A stretch of 64,000 bases of DNA from Octopus sinensis (GCF_006345805.1 NC_043002.1:41416001-41480000); one strand, 5' to 3'; counted from the first letter of the stretch, positions 25,687 through 39,045 are shown. The notes: generated by a model from the letters alone, not told the origin. Numbers and translations are program-made.

Positions 25687-26768
25687 ATATATATGTGTGT
25701 GTGTATGTGTGTACAGGTGTGATTGTGTGGTGAGAAGCTTGCTTCCAGACCACATGGCTCTGGGTTCAGTCCGACTGTATGGCTCCTTGGGCAAGTATTT
25801 TCTACAGTTTCCATCTACCAGTTTCATTCACAAAGCATTGGTCATCTTGGGACCATAAATGAATTTTCTTCACTGTTCTTGAATCTGGAATGTCTTTTCT
25901 GCTTCTCTCCAGTTGAATCTCTACCTCAGTATCCAATTTATGTCTCTTTGATGGAAGGCCTTCCTCTCCCAGCTCTTGTTGGTTTTGAATTGGAAATACT
26001 TTCTGTAACTTTGCTATTTGTTTTTTTCTATTTGGTGAGTTGCCCGCTAAGTAAACCCATTTTTATCTCTTGAAAGATGTGCTTCATATTAATCTGGCCT
26101 CCATCCTTTGACTTGGATAGTCCTACTAGAAACTTGCACTCTACTAGCATAGTTCTCAGTGTCACTGAGGTACATAAGCCACCACATCACAGCAAGAATT
26201 GGACTTTGTGGTGGATCCTGGAACTATAGTAGAAGACATTTGCCTAAGGTGCAATACGATGGAACTGAACCTGAAGTTGCATGATTGCAAACTAAACTTT
26301 GTAACTTCACAGCCTTTCCCATTTTCTCACTTTTGCCGCATGTGCATGTATAGATTTACAGATGTGGTTGGTGGAAACTGAAAGAAGCTTATTTTATATG
26401 TGTGTTTGTGCCTCCTTGATGTCTTGGAGCAGAACTTTCTAGGTGCAATTCCATGGTCATTCCTGACTAAAGGGGGTTTTTACCCTTTACTCTTACCCTG
26501 TGTCTCTTTATCTTGTTCAGCTAAACATTCTAGAAATTACTTCAGCATGGTTGCTGTTAAATGGCTAAAACAAGTGAAAGATAAAAGATAATAAAATTAA
26601 ATACTGAAAACCAAGCTGAAGCTGAGAAAGTAATAATTTCATTGACAAGACTTAAACTCTGAACTTGTTGTTCACCTTATAGCTACATTACTGGTTATAC
26701 CATAGTATGTCTATATCTCTTCTTTTTTAAATTTAGACATTACAAGTATGTCTGTTTCAATAGATCTT

Positions 26769-26817
26769 GTAACTTCTACTGTTGCTTGTTTCATTGGATA
26801 ATTCGTCAGTAATTTAC
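26769..26817 (-). ncRNA. Possible hammerhead ribozyme
   Basis: GTAAATTA-CTGACGA-ATT-ATCC-AAT-GAAA-C-AAGCAACA-GT-A-GAAGTTAC; core intact but helices short and helix I 6/8, so it could be a chance match. Confidence 0.35.
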
Positions 26818-27562
26818 TCATAAAGAGTTACTCATCTTCACAGACATCAGCATCATCATCAGCAGCAGCAATATCATCATGGTTTTAATCAATGTCTACT
26901 TCCCATGCTTGTGTGGGTCAGACAGAGTTTAACTGAGAGAAATTTCTATAGCTGGATGCCCTTCCTGCTGCCAACCCTCACCTGCTTCTGAGTATGGAAA
27001 TATTCCTCATTACCAGACATATTTTCATAGAATATGGAAAGAAGGACACTGCTTGTATGGCAGTGACACTCGTTTACAACTATCACACAATGTAAAGACA
27101 AGAAGATACAAATGCACACTCACACACACATATACGTATGTACACGCACACACATACATGCACACACGTACAAACACACACACATATGATGGAGTTCTTT
27201 CAGTTTTCTTCTACTAAATTCTCTCACAAGGTTTTGGTTAGTCCAGGGATATTAGTAGACAATACTTCCCAAGATACCATGCTGTGGCACTGTACCTGAA
27301 ACTCTGTCGGTGAGAAGTAAACTTTTCAACCGCACAACCATATTGTATGGTTAAGAACATCTCTTTGCAACCACAGAGTGTTTCAGTTAAATCTCACAGC
27401 ATGACATCTGAGGCAAGTTTTTCTTTCTACCCTAGCCATGGGTTAATCTCATGGTTTATCTATATCCATTCATAAATTAGCCAAAAGAGAAACTCAAACG
27501 AGATAATTAAATTGAAGTCATTCATACCACATAAATACTCTTTATATTTCTCAGACAAATTC

Positions 27563-27931
27563 TTAATTGAAAAGTTAACTTCGTTAACCATTAATCTGTT
27601 AACCAAAATGTTAACTTCAATAATTGTTAACCAATTAATTATTTCTTAATGTAATGGAAGTTATCAACAGACTGTTAATATGAATTTTTATTATAGAAAA
27701 AAAACAGAAAATCAGTTTTTGCTCTAAAACCACCTAAAAATACCTTTAAAAAGTGCCAAAACTATAAAATCTGTTAACTTTAATTCAATTGAAGTTAATG
27801 GAAGTTAAATGTAATGAAAATTAATTAATCCAATAAGGATTTCCAAGTCAACTCAAAGGTTAAATTGTCAACAAAAATGGTAACTTCATTAATTAACGAT
27901 TAACGGATTAATGGGTTGGTGCCCAGGTTTG
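27563..27931. mobile_element. MITE-like remnant with TTAAC-rich subterminal repeats
   Basis: Many GTTAAC/TTAAC motifs at both ends; right end ...GTGCCCAGGTTTG is terminus-like; left terminus not found. Confidence 0.35.
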
Positions 27932-28207
27932 GTTAATTCCAAGCCTTAAGAATGAGATCTGGTAAATCTTTAGTCTTTTATCTTATTTGTTTCAATCATT
28001 AGACTTGTGATCATGCTGGGGTGCCACTTTGGATTGATTTTTAGTTGAATGAATCAACCTCAGTACTTTTTATTTTTTTAAGCCTGGTGCTTATTCTATC
28101 AGTCTGTTTTGCTGAACTGCTAGATTACAGGGACATAAATACACCAACACCAGTTGTCAAGCAGTGGTGGGAGTGAAGCACACACACACACACACATATA
28201 TATGTAT

Positions 28208-28583
28208 ATAGGTGTGGGTGTGTGGTAAGGAGCTTGCTTACCAACCACATGGTTCTGGGTTCAGTCCCACTGCATGGCACCTTGGGCAAGTGTCTTCTAC
28301 TATAGCCTCAGGCCAACCCAAGTCTTGAGTGGATTTGGTAGACGGAAACTGAAAGAAGCCCATCATATATATATATATAAATATTTGTATATGTTTGTGT
28401 GTTTGCTTGACAACAGATGTTGGTGTGTTTACACTCCCATAGCTTAGCAGTTCAGCAAAAGAGACTGATAGAATAAGTACTAGGCGTACAAAAAATAAGT
28501 CCTGGGGTCGATTTTTGATCGACTAAAGGTGGTGCTCCAGCATGGCCACAGTCAAATGACTGAAACGAGTAAAAGAATAAAAG
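28208..28583 (+). mobile_element. SINE family A copy
   Basis: Colinear with 51037-51443. Confidence 0.85.
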
Positions 28584-29771
28584 AATATACAAACAAACAC
28601 ATCACACACACACATATATACACACAATGGGCTTCTTTCAGTTTCTGCCAACCAAATCCACACTCACAAGGTTTTGGTTGGCTTGAGGCTATAATAGAAG
28701 ACACTTGCCAAAGGTACTATGCTGTGGGACTGAACCCAGAAACATGTAGTTGGGAAACAATCTTCCTGTCACATAGCTACACCTGTGCCTGTGAACATTT
28801 TGACAAAACCCATCAAACAGGCACCTGTGCTTAAGTATAGGCTTAATCGTTCATCCAGTAAAATACTATCAACTGGTGTTCTTTGGTGATTTTCAAGGCA
28901 TTTAACTATATTGTAAGCATTCTGACTGCAACAATTTATGAGTCACAATTTCTATCTCCTTCCCTTCCTATTAATCTCAGAACCCCTTACAGAGATCATA
29001 GTTGGTGCTATCCGCTTCTGACTAAGCCAAAAAAAAAATTATATATTAGAGTTATCAGATTTTGATTTTATGCTTCAATGAAAACTAGCATGGAGAATTT
29101 AATTATGAATATAATTAAAAAAATTAATGGCTAATACTTTTAATTGCTGACCCTCTGCAAAGCATAATTATGACCCACATTAGAGATAGTGTATTGCTCA
29201 TGTATCTGAGATGATAGTCTGTTACTTCAACAGATACAAACGATGTAGACCAGTGGCTTGGGTTCTTAATCTTTTTGACATTGTGGTGCACTGGAGATTA
29301 AATATTAAAAAAATTACTGTTGAACTGGAAATTAAATGGAAAAATACTGGTAGACTTTGCATGGAAAATTAAACCAGACTTGGTTTTAATGTTAAAAAAC
29401 TAGAAACCAAAAATATATCGGAAACTATAACTTATTTTGTTTCATTAACCATTCTTGCATATAACAGAATTATGAATAACGTTTTTTTTTTTTTTGAAGA
29501 TGTTCAAGCATTAATATAGATTTTCTAAAGCCTTAAATCATCATCATCATCATTGTCGTCGTCATCATCGTTATCATTACCATCATCATCATAACAGCCA
29601 CTTTTCTATGCATGCATGGGGAAGGTGGAGTTCAGAGGCTGATTTTTCTATGGCAACATGCTCTTCCTGTTGCCAACCCTCATCTGTCTCCTGCCATGTT
29701 TCCATAGAAGAGTGACGTTGACATTGTGTAACTCTCATTTACAACCATCACGTAATGTCAAATTAAGAACA

Positions 29772-29818
<47 letters not shown>

Positions 29819-30182
29819 ACACACACACACATACATAGACATACACACATATCACACACATATGTCATCATCATCATCATCATCGTTTAACGTCCGTTCT
29901 CCATGCTAGCATGGGTTGGACGGTTCGACCGGGGATCTGGGAAGCCAGAAGGCTGCACCAGGCTCCAGTCTTATCTGGCAATGTTTCTACAGCTGGATGC
30001 CCTTCCTAACGCCAACCACTCCGTGAGTGTAGTGGGTGCTTTTTACGTGCCACCTGCACAGGTGCCAGATGAGGCTGGCAACGGCCACGGTCGGATTGGT
30101 GTATTTTATGTGCCACTGGCACTTATATATATACATTATTTCTCACTGTATTAAGTTTCTAAATTCTTACATCAACAATATA

Positions 30183-30495
30183 CAGGGTTTGGACAAAATA
30201 ATGGAAACACCTTAAAATTTCAAGCAAATTTATTTTAATATGGAGTAAGTTCACATTTGACAGTAATTACAGCTTGAATTCTATGAGGTATGGACTCATA
30301 CAAAGTTTGAATTGTTTCCAAAGGAATTTTTGTCCATTCTTCAGCTAAAACAATCTCCAGTTCTTGTAGTGATGCTGGTGGAGGATATCGACACCTTAAT
30401 TGTTTTTCTAAAATGCACCATAAATGTTCAATAATATTGAGATCTGGGGACTGTGGTGGCCAGATAAGATATTCAACGTCACTAGAATGTTCCTT
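30183..30495 (-). mobile_element. Tc1 transposon 3' fragment
   Basis: TA + CAGGGTTTGGACAAAATAATGGAAACACC TIR; WPPQSPDLNIIEHLW...IPLETIQTLYESIPHRIQAVI; same family as 49417-50688. Confidence 0.9.
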
Positions 30496-30583
30496 ATACA
30501 TACATACATACATACACACTCACACATATATAGATACACATACACACTCACACACACACATGTACATACATACATACATACAT

Positions 30584-30636
<53 letters not shown>

Positions 30637-30679
30637 TACACATACATACATACATACATACATACATACATACATACAT

Positions 30680-31070
30680 TATGGCTGCCCCCTCGTTATC
30701 GAGTATGGCCATTGCACGAAGCTTAACTGTTACTGGTGCTGTGATCGAATGTGACTTTTTAGCCCAGCTAAAGATCTACAATGTCTTTTACAAAATTGGC
30801 AACTAAAATCTTTACTGGTAATAGCCGGCTGTAGTTGTAACTGGGCTTCTTGTACCTTTGCATGTTGTTTAAGTCCTCCTGCCGAATTACTCTCTCTTCC
30901 ACAGATGTGATTAGTATGGTGTGTTACACCACCACCAGTGGCCAGGTTGTCACTCATCTGTCTCGTTTTATGACTACGAATATGACTCATGATTCCAGCT
31001 TTACTGAGGCAGGGTCTTGCACAGACATTGCATGTCAGAATCAAAGGAAGACCCTTCCCTTCTGGAAGTG
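30680..31070 (-). mobile_element. 5'-truncated LINE 3' end (probably RTE) encoding three C2H2-type fingers
   Basis: CNVCARPCLSKAGIMSHIRSH, HICGRESNSAGGLKQHAKVQ and CQFCKRHCRSLAGLKSHIRSQH; short 3' UTR, then a (TATG)n tail. Confidence 0.6.
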
Positions 31071-31078
31071 TACATACA

Positions 31079-31109
<31 letters not shown>

Positions 31110-32410
31110 GTGTGTATGTCTTTGTATTTGTCCCTTAACACTGCTTGCCAAGCAGTGGTGGTTTGTTTGTGTTTCCATAACTTAGCAGTGTGGCAAAAGA
31201 GACAGATAGAAAGATAGAATAAATACCAAGCAGCTAAAAACAATACAAGTTCTATGGTTAGGTCGATCTGTTCAACTAAAACCCTTCAAAACCTTCATGC
31301 AGTATCCCAGCATGGCTTGCAGTCCAATGACTGAAACAAGTTAAAGATAAAGATATCTATCAACAGCCTTTGAAGAGGTGAAGGGATGATAGATGTTAAA
31401 AGTTCAGTTAAAAACAGATAGATATTTATTTAATTATTGCTATTTAGTTCATCAATTATTAAATAATTGACTATGCAGCCTGTGAAAGTATTATTTATGC
31501 AAGTGAGACTAATTGATTTAGTGAAGTCATAATATTTTGTGACTATAAATAACTATAAGGAATACATATTTCTCTCTAGGCAAAGGTAGGTGTGTTACCC
31601 CTGAATAAACCCCCAAACTAAGGTCTGGGTCCTTTTTCTGTCTATGGAGAGACAAAAATGACGTTTGTTAAGGTATATATTTATGTTAAATTCAAAGATA
31701 TATATATATATACACAGTGGCATGTAAAAAGCACCCGCTACACTCTTGGAATGGTTGGCATTAGGAAGGACATCCAGCTACCTTGCCAAATCAGATTGGA
31801 GCCTGGTGTAGCCTCCTGGCCTGCCAGTTCTCAGTCAAACTGTCCAACCCATGCCAGCATGGAAATCAAACATTAAATGATGATGATGATGATGACACAC
31901 ACACTGCATAATATTGAAAATAATATTTAGTGCATCAATAATTAAATATTTGGCTGTATGACCACTACAAGCACTATTTATGCAAATCAGATTAACCAAT
32001 TTATTGAAGTTATTATATTTAGTGGCTACAGATAGTTACAAGCAGTATCTTTCTCCCTGCACAAGCAATGATGGGTGTGTCATATCTGAAGATGTCCCAA
32101 CTAAGATCAAACCAGATCAAGCCAACCTCCATTTTTTTCTGTTCCATTCATGGAGTAATGAAAAAAACTGAAATTTTATATTTGTTTACACTTGTCCAAG
32201 TATATTCAATTACACATCACTGCAATGGTTAATCCTGTCAGCACTACTAGACAAGAAAACCAACATCTGGACCTGAGCTCCACACGTCTTCAGTCAGCCT
32301 CACAGCCAGTGCACTTTAAGATGTATATTCTACAAATAGAAGGAGATTTTATTGAAAACAACTTGGCATAAACATAAATCTCAAACATTATCAACAACAC
32401 ATACTTAATG

Positions 32411-32960
32411 TATGAGGAATAGTCAAAAACTATATGCACTCTTGTTTTTTCCATGTATTTACACAAAAGTAGGGAACAAGCAAGCCCATCATTCTCCTAT
32501 ATAGTCTCTTTCCTTTTCGATGCACTTGGTCCAGTGGTCCACAAGCTTGCATATTCCCTCCAAGAAGGTCTTTGGTTGGTCATGCAACCATTTATGCACT
32601 GCTTCCCTCACATCTTTATCCATAGGAAATCGATGACCTCGTAAACCATCTTGGAGCAATCCAAAGATATGATAGTTTGAAGCAGTGAGATCTGGGCTAT
32701 AGGCAGGGTGTTCCAGCACCTCAAAATCCAATTAGTTAATGGTTTCAATGGTCAAGGTGGCTGTGTGTGGGTGTGCATTGTCATGACCAAACAAAACTTT
32801 CTTCAACAATAGGCTTCAGTGTTTGGTGCAAAATACTGGCTTTGGTTTGTTGGCCAGCAAAGCACTGTATCTTGCACTGTTGATCGTACACCCCTTTTCC
32901 AGGTAGTCTTCCAGTATAGCCCCTTTTGAGTCGCAAAAATGGGGTTAGCCTCACATTTTA
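32411..32960 (-). mobile_element. mariner (DD34D) transposase 3' fragment
   Basis: HDNAHPH...EVLEHPAYSPDLTASNYHIFG...KLVDHWTKCIEKERDYI; TIR-like end TA-TGAGGAATAGTCAAAAAC at 32411. Confidence 0.9.
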
Positions 32961-33958
32961 CACTGCAATCCCCCTTTGTTTGTTTGTGCGCATGTGTGTG
33001 GGTCAGTGTGAGTGTGTGTGTGTGCCTATACATACATGCATGTACGTATGTATGTGTGTGTGTGTTTGCATGTGTATGTATATATGTGTGTGTATGCATA
33101 TGTATATATGTATGTATGTGCATCTGTATGTACGTATCCGGCATATTTATGTGCTTGCATGTCCGTGTTTGTGTATTTTCTATGTATGTGTGTGTGAGCA
33201 TGTGTTTGTATATGTATGCACCTCTGTCTCCTTGTGTGTGCATGTCTGTGTGTGTGTGTGTGTTATGCAACTATGTACCATGTTCGTATGTATGGATGTG
33301 CATCTTTATATGTTTGGATCCGTGTCTCCATATGTGTCTGTTCATATAGTCTATATACCTCTCCATCTGTATATTGATCCTTTTATTTACATATCTATAT
33401 GCTTACATACAGAAATAAAAATAAAAATAAAAAAATTAAAATTTTTGCAAGTAGTCTGTATATTCTAGTATATTTTTCTCCTATGTCAGCAAAACATAAT
33501 CACATTCCAACACCTCAATGTACATTAATCTGTCATTATAACATGTGACTATAGCACTAGACATGGAAATTTGGCTAGGTACTCAGACACCAAAAGTTAT
33601 CTCTCACATGTTGTTCCAATATGATACAGAGCAGTACTAAGAGGCACTTCATCCATTCCAGGAGGATTTCTCTAAAATACACAAAACATAACCAGAAATT
33701 CAATAAGGCTGTGCAGTATGAAGCTTGCTTTCCAACCACATGGTTCTGGGTTCAGTGCTACTGCATGGCACCTTAGGCAAGTGTCTTCTACTATAGCCTT
33801 CAGGCCAACCAGAGCCTTGTGAGTGGATTTGGTAGATGGAAACTGAAAGAAGCCTTCTGTATGTATATATATATATATATATATACCTATATATATATAT
33901 ATATATTATATTTAGGAGAAATGGAGCTGAACGAAGATTTAACAAAATTCCTTTTTAT

Positions 33959-34042
33959 TTTTCTACATATGTTTCAAAGGCTGCAAAGTCCCTAATTCGG
34001 ATTGAATAAGGAGTCCATTTTGCAGCCTTCTCTTCAGGAAAA
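33959..34042 (-). ncRNA. Minimal type I hammerhead ribozyme, canonical core
   Basis: TTTTC-CTGAAGA-GAAGGCTGCAAA...TTTGCAGCCTTT-GAAA-CATATG-T-A-GAAAA: 5-bp helix I, 12-bp helix II with closing G.U, palindromic ACATATGT, GUA triplet. Confidence 0.85.
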
Positions 34043-34382
34043 TCCAGGAACTTAATTCTCCAACAAAATGCACAGCAAGCTTTTCGACAAACGCTCACGA
34101 GGAGCCCATGGAATAAATGGCACAAACTGTCTATCTATGTGCGCATGTATTTATATATTTATGCATAGTTGTCTGTATTTGTCCCTGCACCATCACTTGA
34201 CAACCAGTGCTGGAATGTGTTTGTCCCTGTAACGTAGTGGTTCAGCAAAAAAGACTGGTAGAATAAGTACTAGACTTACAAAGAATAAGTCCTGGGGTTG
34301 ATTTCTTTGACTAGAAAAAACTTTTTAAGGTGGTGCTCCAGCATGGCCACAGTCAAAACGACTGTGACAACTAAAAGAATAT

Positions 34383-34415
<33 letters not shown>

Positions 34416-34518
34416 CACTAACAAATTAATAAATAAAACATATGCATATATACATACATATATGTACGTACCTACATCTACATGTATATATACATGCATA
34501 TATGGGTACAGGACACCA

Positions 34519-34640
34519 AAAAAATAGAGTACAGGACATACAACACAAGGAAAATTCCCCTTCTTCAGTCGCCTCTGTTTCATCTACTCTACATTTCGAA
34601 GGTCAAGACCTTGTGTTGTATGTCCCATACTCTATTTTTT
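34519..34640. repeat. Fold-back inverted repeat, 32-bp arms (34519-34550 / 34609-34640)
   Basis: AAAAAATAGAGTA(CA/TG)GGACATACAACACAAGG, 30/32. Confidence 0.9.
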
Positions 34641-35035
34641 CGTTGTTTAAGAAAAATGTCCATTTTCTTGGTTTTGTGTTTATATTTTCATTTCTCATTG
34701 TGTTCAACGTTTTTTTTGGTGTCCTGAAAACCACAGCCTAGAAAACGAAACTTGTCCTGGAAGATTTGTGGAGCTTGACATTATTGTTATTGTTTTTGCT
34801 ATTTTTGTTACAATCAACAGGAACACTGACTTTTCTATATTCATGAACATATTTAAATATTAAGTGTATTGCATCCTTTCTGTCATATGCTAGCTTATTC
34901 AATGATTTATTTGCAAGCGCACACACACACTTTAATATAAATATGCACACAAACACAAGCAAATAAAATAATGATTATACATAACTATAGACACATGCAT
35001 AACTCTCTCTTTTTCTCACTCTCTCTCTCAGTATG

Positions 35036-35069
<34 letters not shown>

Positions 35070-35264
35070 ATATATATATTATATGTATACATATGTATAC
35101 ATATGTACATATATATATGTATATATATATATATATATTATATACATATATATATGTTATATATATAGATATATATATATATAATTATATATATATATAT
35201 TATATTTATATATATATATTATATATATAATATATATTTATATATATTTTATTTAGATATATAT

Positions 35265-35307
<43 letters not shown>

Positions 35308-35311
35308 TATT

Positions 35312-35385
<74 letters not shown>

Positions 35386-35519
35386 ATATATATATAATAT
35401 ATAAAATACAATATAATATATCTATATACTAATTTATATCTATATCTATAGCTATATATATATCGATATATACATACTCATAAAATATATAAATAAATAT
35501 ATATATGTACATATATATG

Positions 35520-35569
<50 letters not shown>

Positions 35570-36249
35570 AATGAAAGTTTATAAGTATATCAAAAAAAAA
35601 TTATATAATATATATATATAATGATATAAATATAGATATGTAACATAGAATCATCATCAGCATCAGCATCATCAATATATATATATATGTCTATATATAT
35701 ATATGATATATATAATATGTATTTATATAGATATAAATATAAATATAGATATATAAAATATATAAATATATTATATATGAATATAACATATAAATATAAT
35801 ATATATATATATGTTGTATGTATGTATGTATGTATGTATATACAATAAAACATAAACTTTGCCACAAACAGAAACATATATACAAATATAAATACATAAG
35901 TGTGTATGTATACACACACACTCATGTACAAGCATGCCCCCGCACACACACACACTCGCATAAAGCAATAGAGTATCAAAGAAGAATACAAAATGTAGAA
36001 AAACATTAAAAACGAAAGAAAGAAAGAAAAAAAAAAGAAAACTGCCAAGCAAATAGAAAGAAAGCAAGCCAGACAGGCAGGCAGACAGACAGAAATCAAA
36101 GAATTTTTGATGTTAGCAGAAGTGTGTAGAGAAGTGCTTTGAGTGGGTTCAATTGAAGAATTTTGGTAACACTTAATCCTGTAGTGCTTAAATGGCATTT
36201 CTAACTTATCAAAGAGAGGTCAAAAGCGAGCTATGACAGACAGAGGCTG

Positions 36250-37060
36250 TAGTTAGAGATAGAGGGTGTGGGGAGGAAGAAGAAGAAGAAGAAGAAGAAG
36301 AGAAGAAGAAGAAGAGAAGAAGAAAGAATGGGGGAGGGGAGAAAAAGTTGGAGGAGGAGGAAGAAAACGAAGTAGATGAAGTGTGTAAGGAAATATGAGG
36401 AAGAAGTAGAGGAATGAATTAGGTAAAGGAAAAGATGAAAGATATAAGGAATATGGAGAAGAGGAGAGTAAAGAAGATAAGAGAAAGAATGATGAAAGAG
36501 GTGTAATGAAAAATAAAAGGAAGTTGGAGATATTAAGAAAGAAGAAAGATGAAGGAGAGAAAAAAATGATAAAGAAGAATAAAAGGTGGAAAATCAAGAA
36601 CAGAAGAAGGAAGACGGAGATAAGAAAGAAAAGGATGATGAAAAGGAATATGAAGAAGAAAAAGCATGAAGGAGGGTGAAGAACAATATATAAAGGAAGA
36701 AAGATGAAAGATGAAAGATGAAAGAAAAGAATGAAGAAGAGAAAAGAAAGATGGAAGATCAAGAATATAAGAAATGAAGACAGGGATAAGTAAAAAGAAT
36801 GATGTAGAAGAAAAAAGATGGGAAATGAGGAAGAAAAAGTAGGAAGGAATGATGAAGAAGAAAATATAAAAGAAAGTAGAGGAAGGAAATGGGAAAGAAA
36901 ATAACGAAGAGGAAAAAGACAATGAAGAAAAAAGAAAGATGAAGATAAACTTATGAAAAAAGATGGAGAAAATATGAAAATATTGGGAAGATAATAAGAA
37001 GGAAAATGAGAAAAGGAACATTAAAGAAGGAAATGAATGAGATAACACGATGAAGAAAAT
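36250..37060. repeat. Long purine-rich (GAA/GA) low-complexity tract
   Basis: Plus strand almost pyrimidine-free except T; explains the F/S/L-rich minus-strand ORFs. Confidence 0.9.
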
Positions 37061-38199
37061 ACATAGCTGTGTGTTTAAGAAGTTCACTTTGCAACCATGT
37101 GGTTTTGAGTTCTGTCCCACTGTGCAGTACTTTGGGCAAATCTCTTCTTCTATAGTGATCAAAACCTGCTGAGTGAATTTGATAGACAGAAACTCTCTCT
37201 TTTGACTTTTCTCACCCTGTTTCTGTCTCTTACCACTTCTTGTTCACACATGAAGCTCCTGTGATGCTGTGTTCCTCATCAGTTGCAGCCAGTTTTCCTG
37301 ACTCAGAAAGTGTAAAACTGTTGTCTCCCATTAAATTCTCTTTTGTCAACTTTTTCCTGATGAAGGAAGGACTCTATTAGATTTTCCACTCCCCATGGCA
37401 AGCTCATTGCACTCTTTTTATAAACTTTACATTTATAAAACAGGTATGGACTCTCCTATCAAAGATGACATATGAGCACTCAGCTTTTGCCAAATGACCT
37501 GTGCAGATGTTTTGTTTAAAGTGATCAAATGCTTGTGCCACACGTTAGCTCACTGTCTCCATCAAATCGATGTTACCTGAACAGGTGCACAGTCTACCAT
37601 GTGTCAGGTGTCAGAGTGATTGTAGAGCAACGTGAAATGAAGTAAAGATTATTTGCCAACATAACATGGCAGTCCTGGTTTAGGACGAATGTTGCTGTAA
37701 TTTAGCCCCAGGAAACATTGTCTCCAGCTGGCTATATAACATGATCTGTGTCCTTATATTTTGAAACAAGGGAATCTAGCACTTCCGCTCAGGTCACTTG
37801 CTATGCAAGTACATCTCCATAAGATATTTATTGGAAAACTAAATTCTATAGTTAAATGCTTTTAACAATTTTAACACTTTTGTAGTTATTTGATGTGAAG
37901 GTAAACTGTGCAATGTTGTGCTGTGAAAGCATCAACCTCCATGCTTCAGACTTTGTTTGACTGTGTCCAGATGGGTGTTTAATAATGTTTAATACAGGCA
38001 CACTCACACTCACACACTACTCACTCATACACACATTAAAACACAGACACATACACACACGCACATGCACACACCTAATCACACACATATACACATATGG
38101 ACACACAATCACTCACACATATACGCAATTACACACACACATATGCACACACAATCACACACACATGCACACACGATCACACACACACACACACACACT

Positions 38200-38401
38200 A
38201 AGGCGAGTTGGCAGAAATGTTAGCATGCCGGGTGAAATGCTTAGCGGTAGTTCAAATTCCGCCAAGGTCGACTTTGCCTTTCATCCTTTCGGAGTCGATA
38301 AATAAAGTACCATTTACGCACTGGGGTTGATCTAATCGACTTAATCCCTTTGTCTGTCCTTGTTTGTCCCCTCTATGTTTAGCCCCTTGTGGGCAATAAA
38401 G
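38200..38401 (+). mobile_element. SINE family B copy
   Basis: Ends GCCCCTTGTGGGCAATAAAGA. Confidence 0.8.
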
Positions 38402-38411
38402 ATATACATAT

Positions 38412-38875
38412 ATCAGGAGTGGCTGTGTGGTAAGTAGGAGTGGCTGTGTGGTAAGTAGGAGTGGCTGTGTGGCAAGTAGGAGTGGCTGTGTGGTAAGTAG
38501 CTTGCTTACCAACCACATGGTTCCGGGTTCAGTCCCACTGCGTGGCATCTTGGGCAAGTGTCTTCTGCTATAGCCCCGAGCCGACCAATGCCTTGTGAGT
38601 GGATTTGGTAGACGGAAACTGAAAGAAGCCTGTCGTATATATGTATATATATATGTATGTGTGCGTATATGTTTGTGTGTCTGTGTTTGTACCCCTAGCA
38701 TTGCTTGACAACCGATGCTGGTGTGTTTATGTCCCCGTCACTTAGCGGTTCGGCAAAAAGAGACCGATAGAATAAGTACTGGGCTTACAAAGAATAAGTC
38801 CTGGGGTCGATTTGCTCGACTAAAGGCGGTGCTCCAGCATGGCCGCAGTCAAATGACTGAAACAAGTAAAAGAGA
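38412..38875 (+). mobile_element. SINE family A copy with 4x tandem 21-bp head
   Basis: AGGAGTGGCTGTGTGG(T/C)AAGT at 38415, 38436, 38457 and 38478, then the normal body. Confidence 0.9.
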
Positions 38876-39014
38876 AGATATATATATATATATATATATA
38901 TGCATTTTTATCCACTCAAGTGATGGATTGAGAAAAGAAACAGAAAAGCCTGGAGGAAGAGGATGAGGAGGGGGAGGAGAATATGAGGAGGGAGAGGATT
39001 AGGAGGGGTAGAAA

Positions 39015-39045
<31 letters not shown>

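Noticed and set aside
36253-37162. 169- and 209-aa hydrophobic minus-strand ORFs resembling membrane proteins
   Set aside because: Antisense of a GA-rich low-complexity tract.
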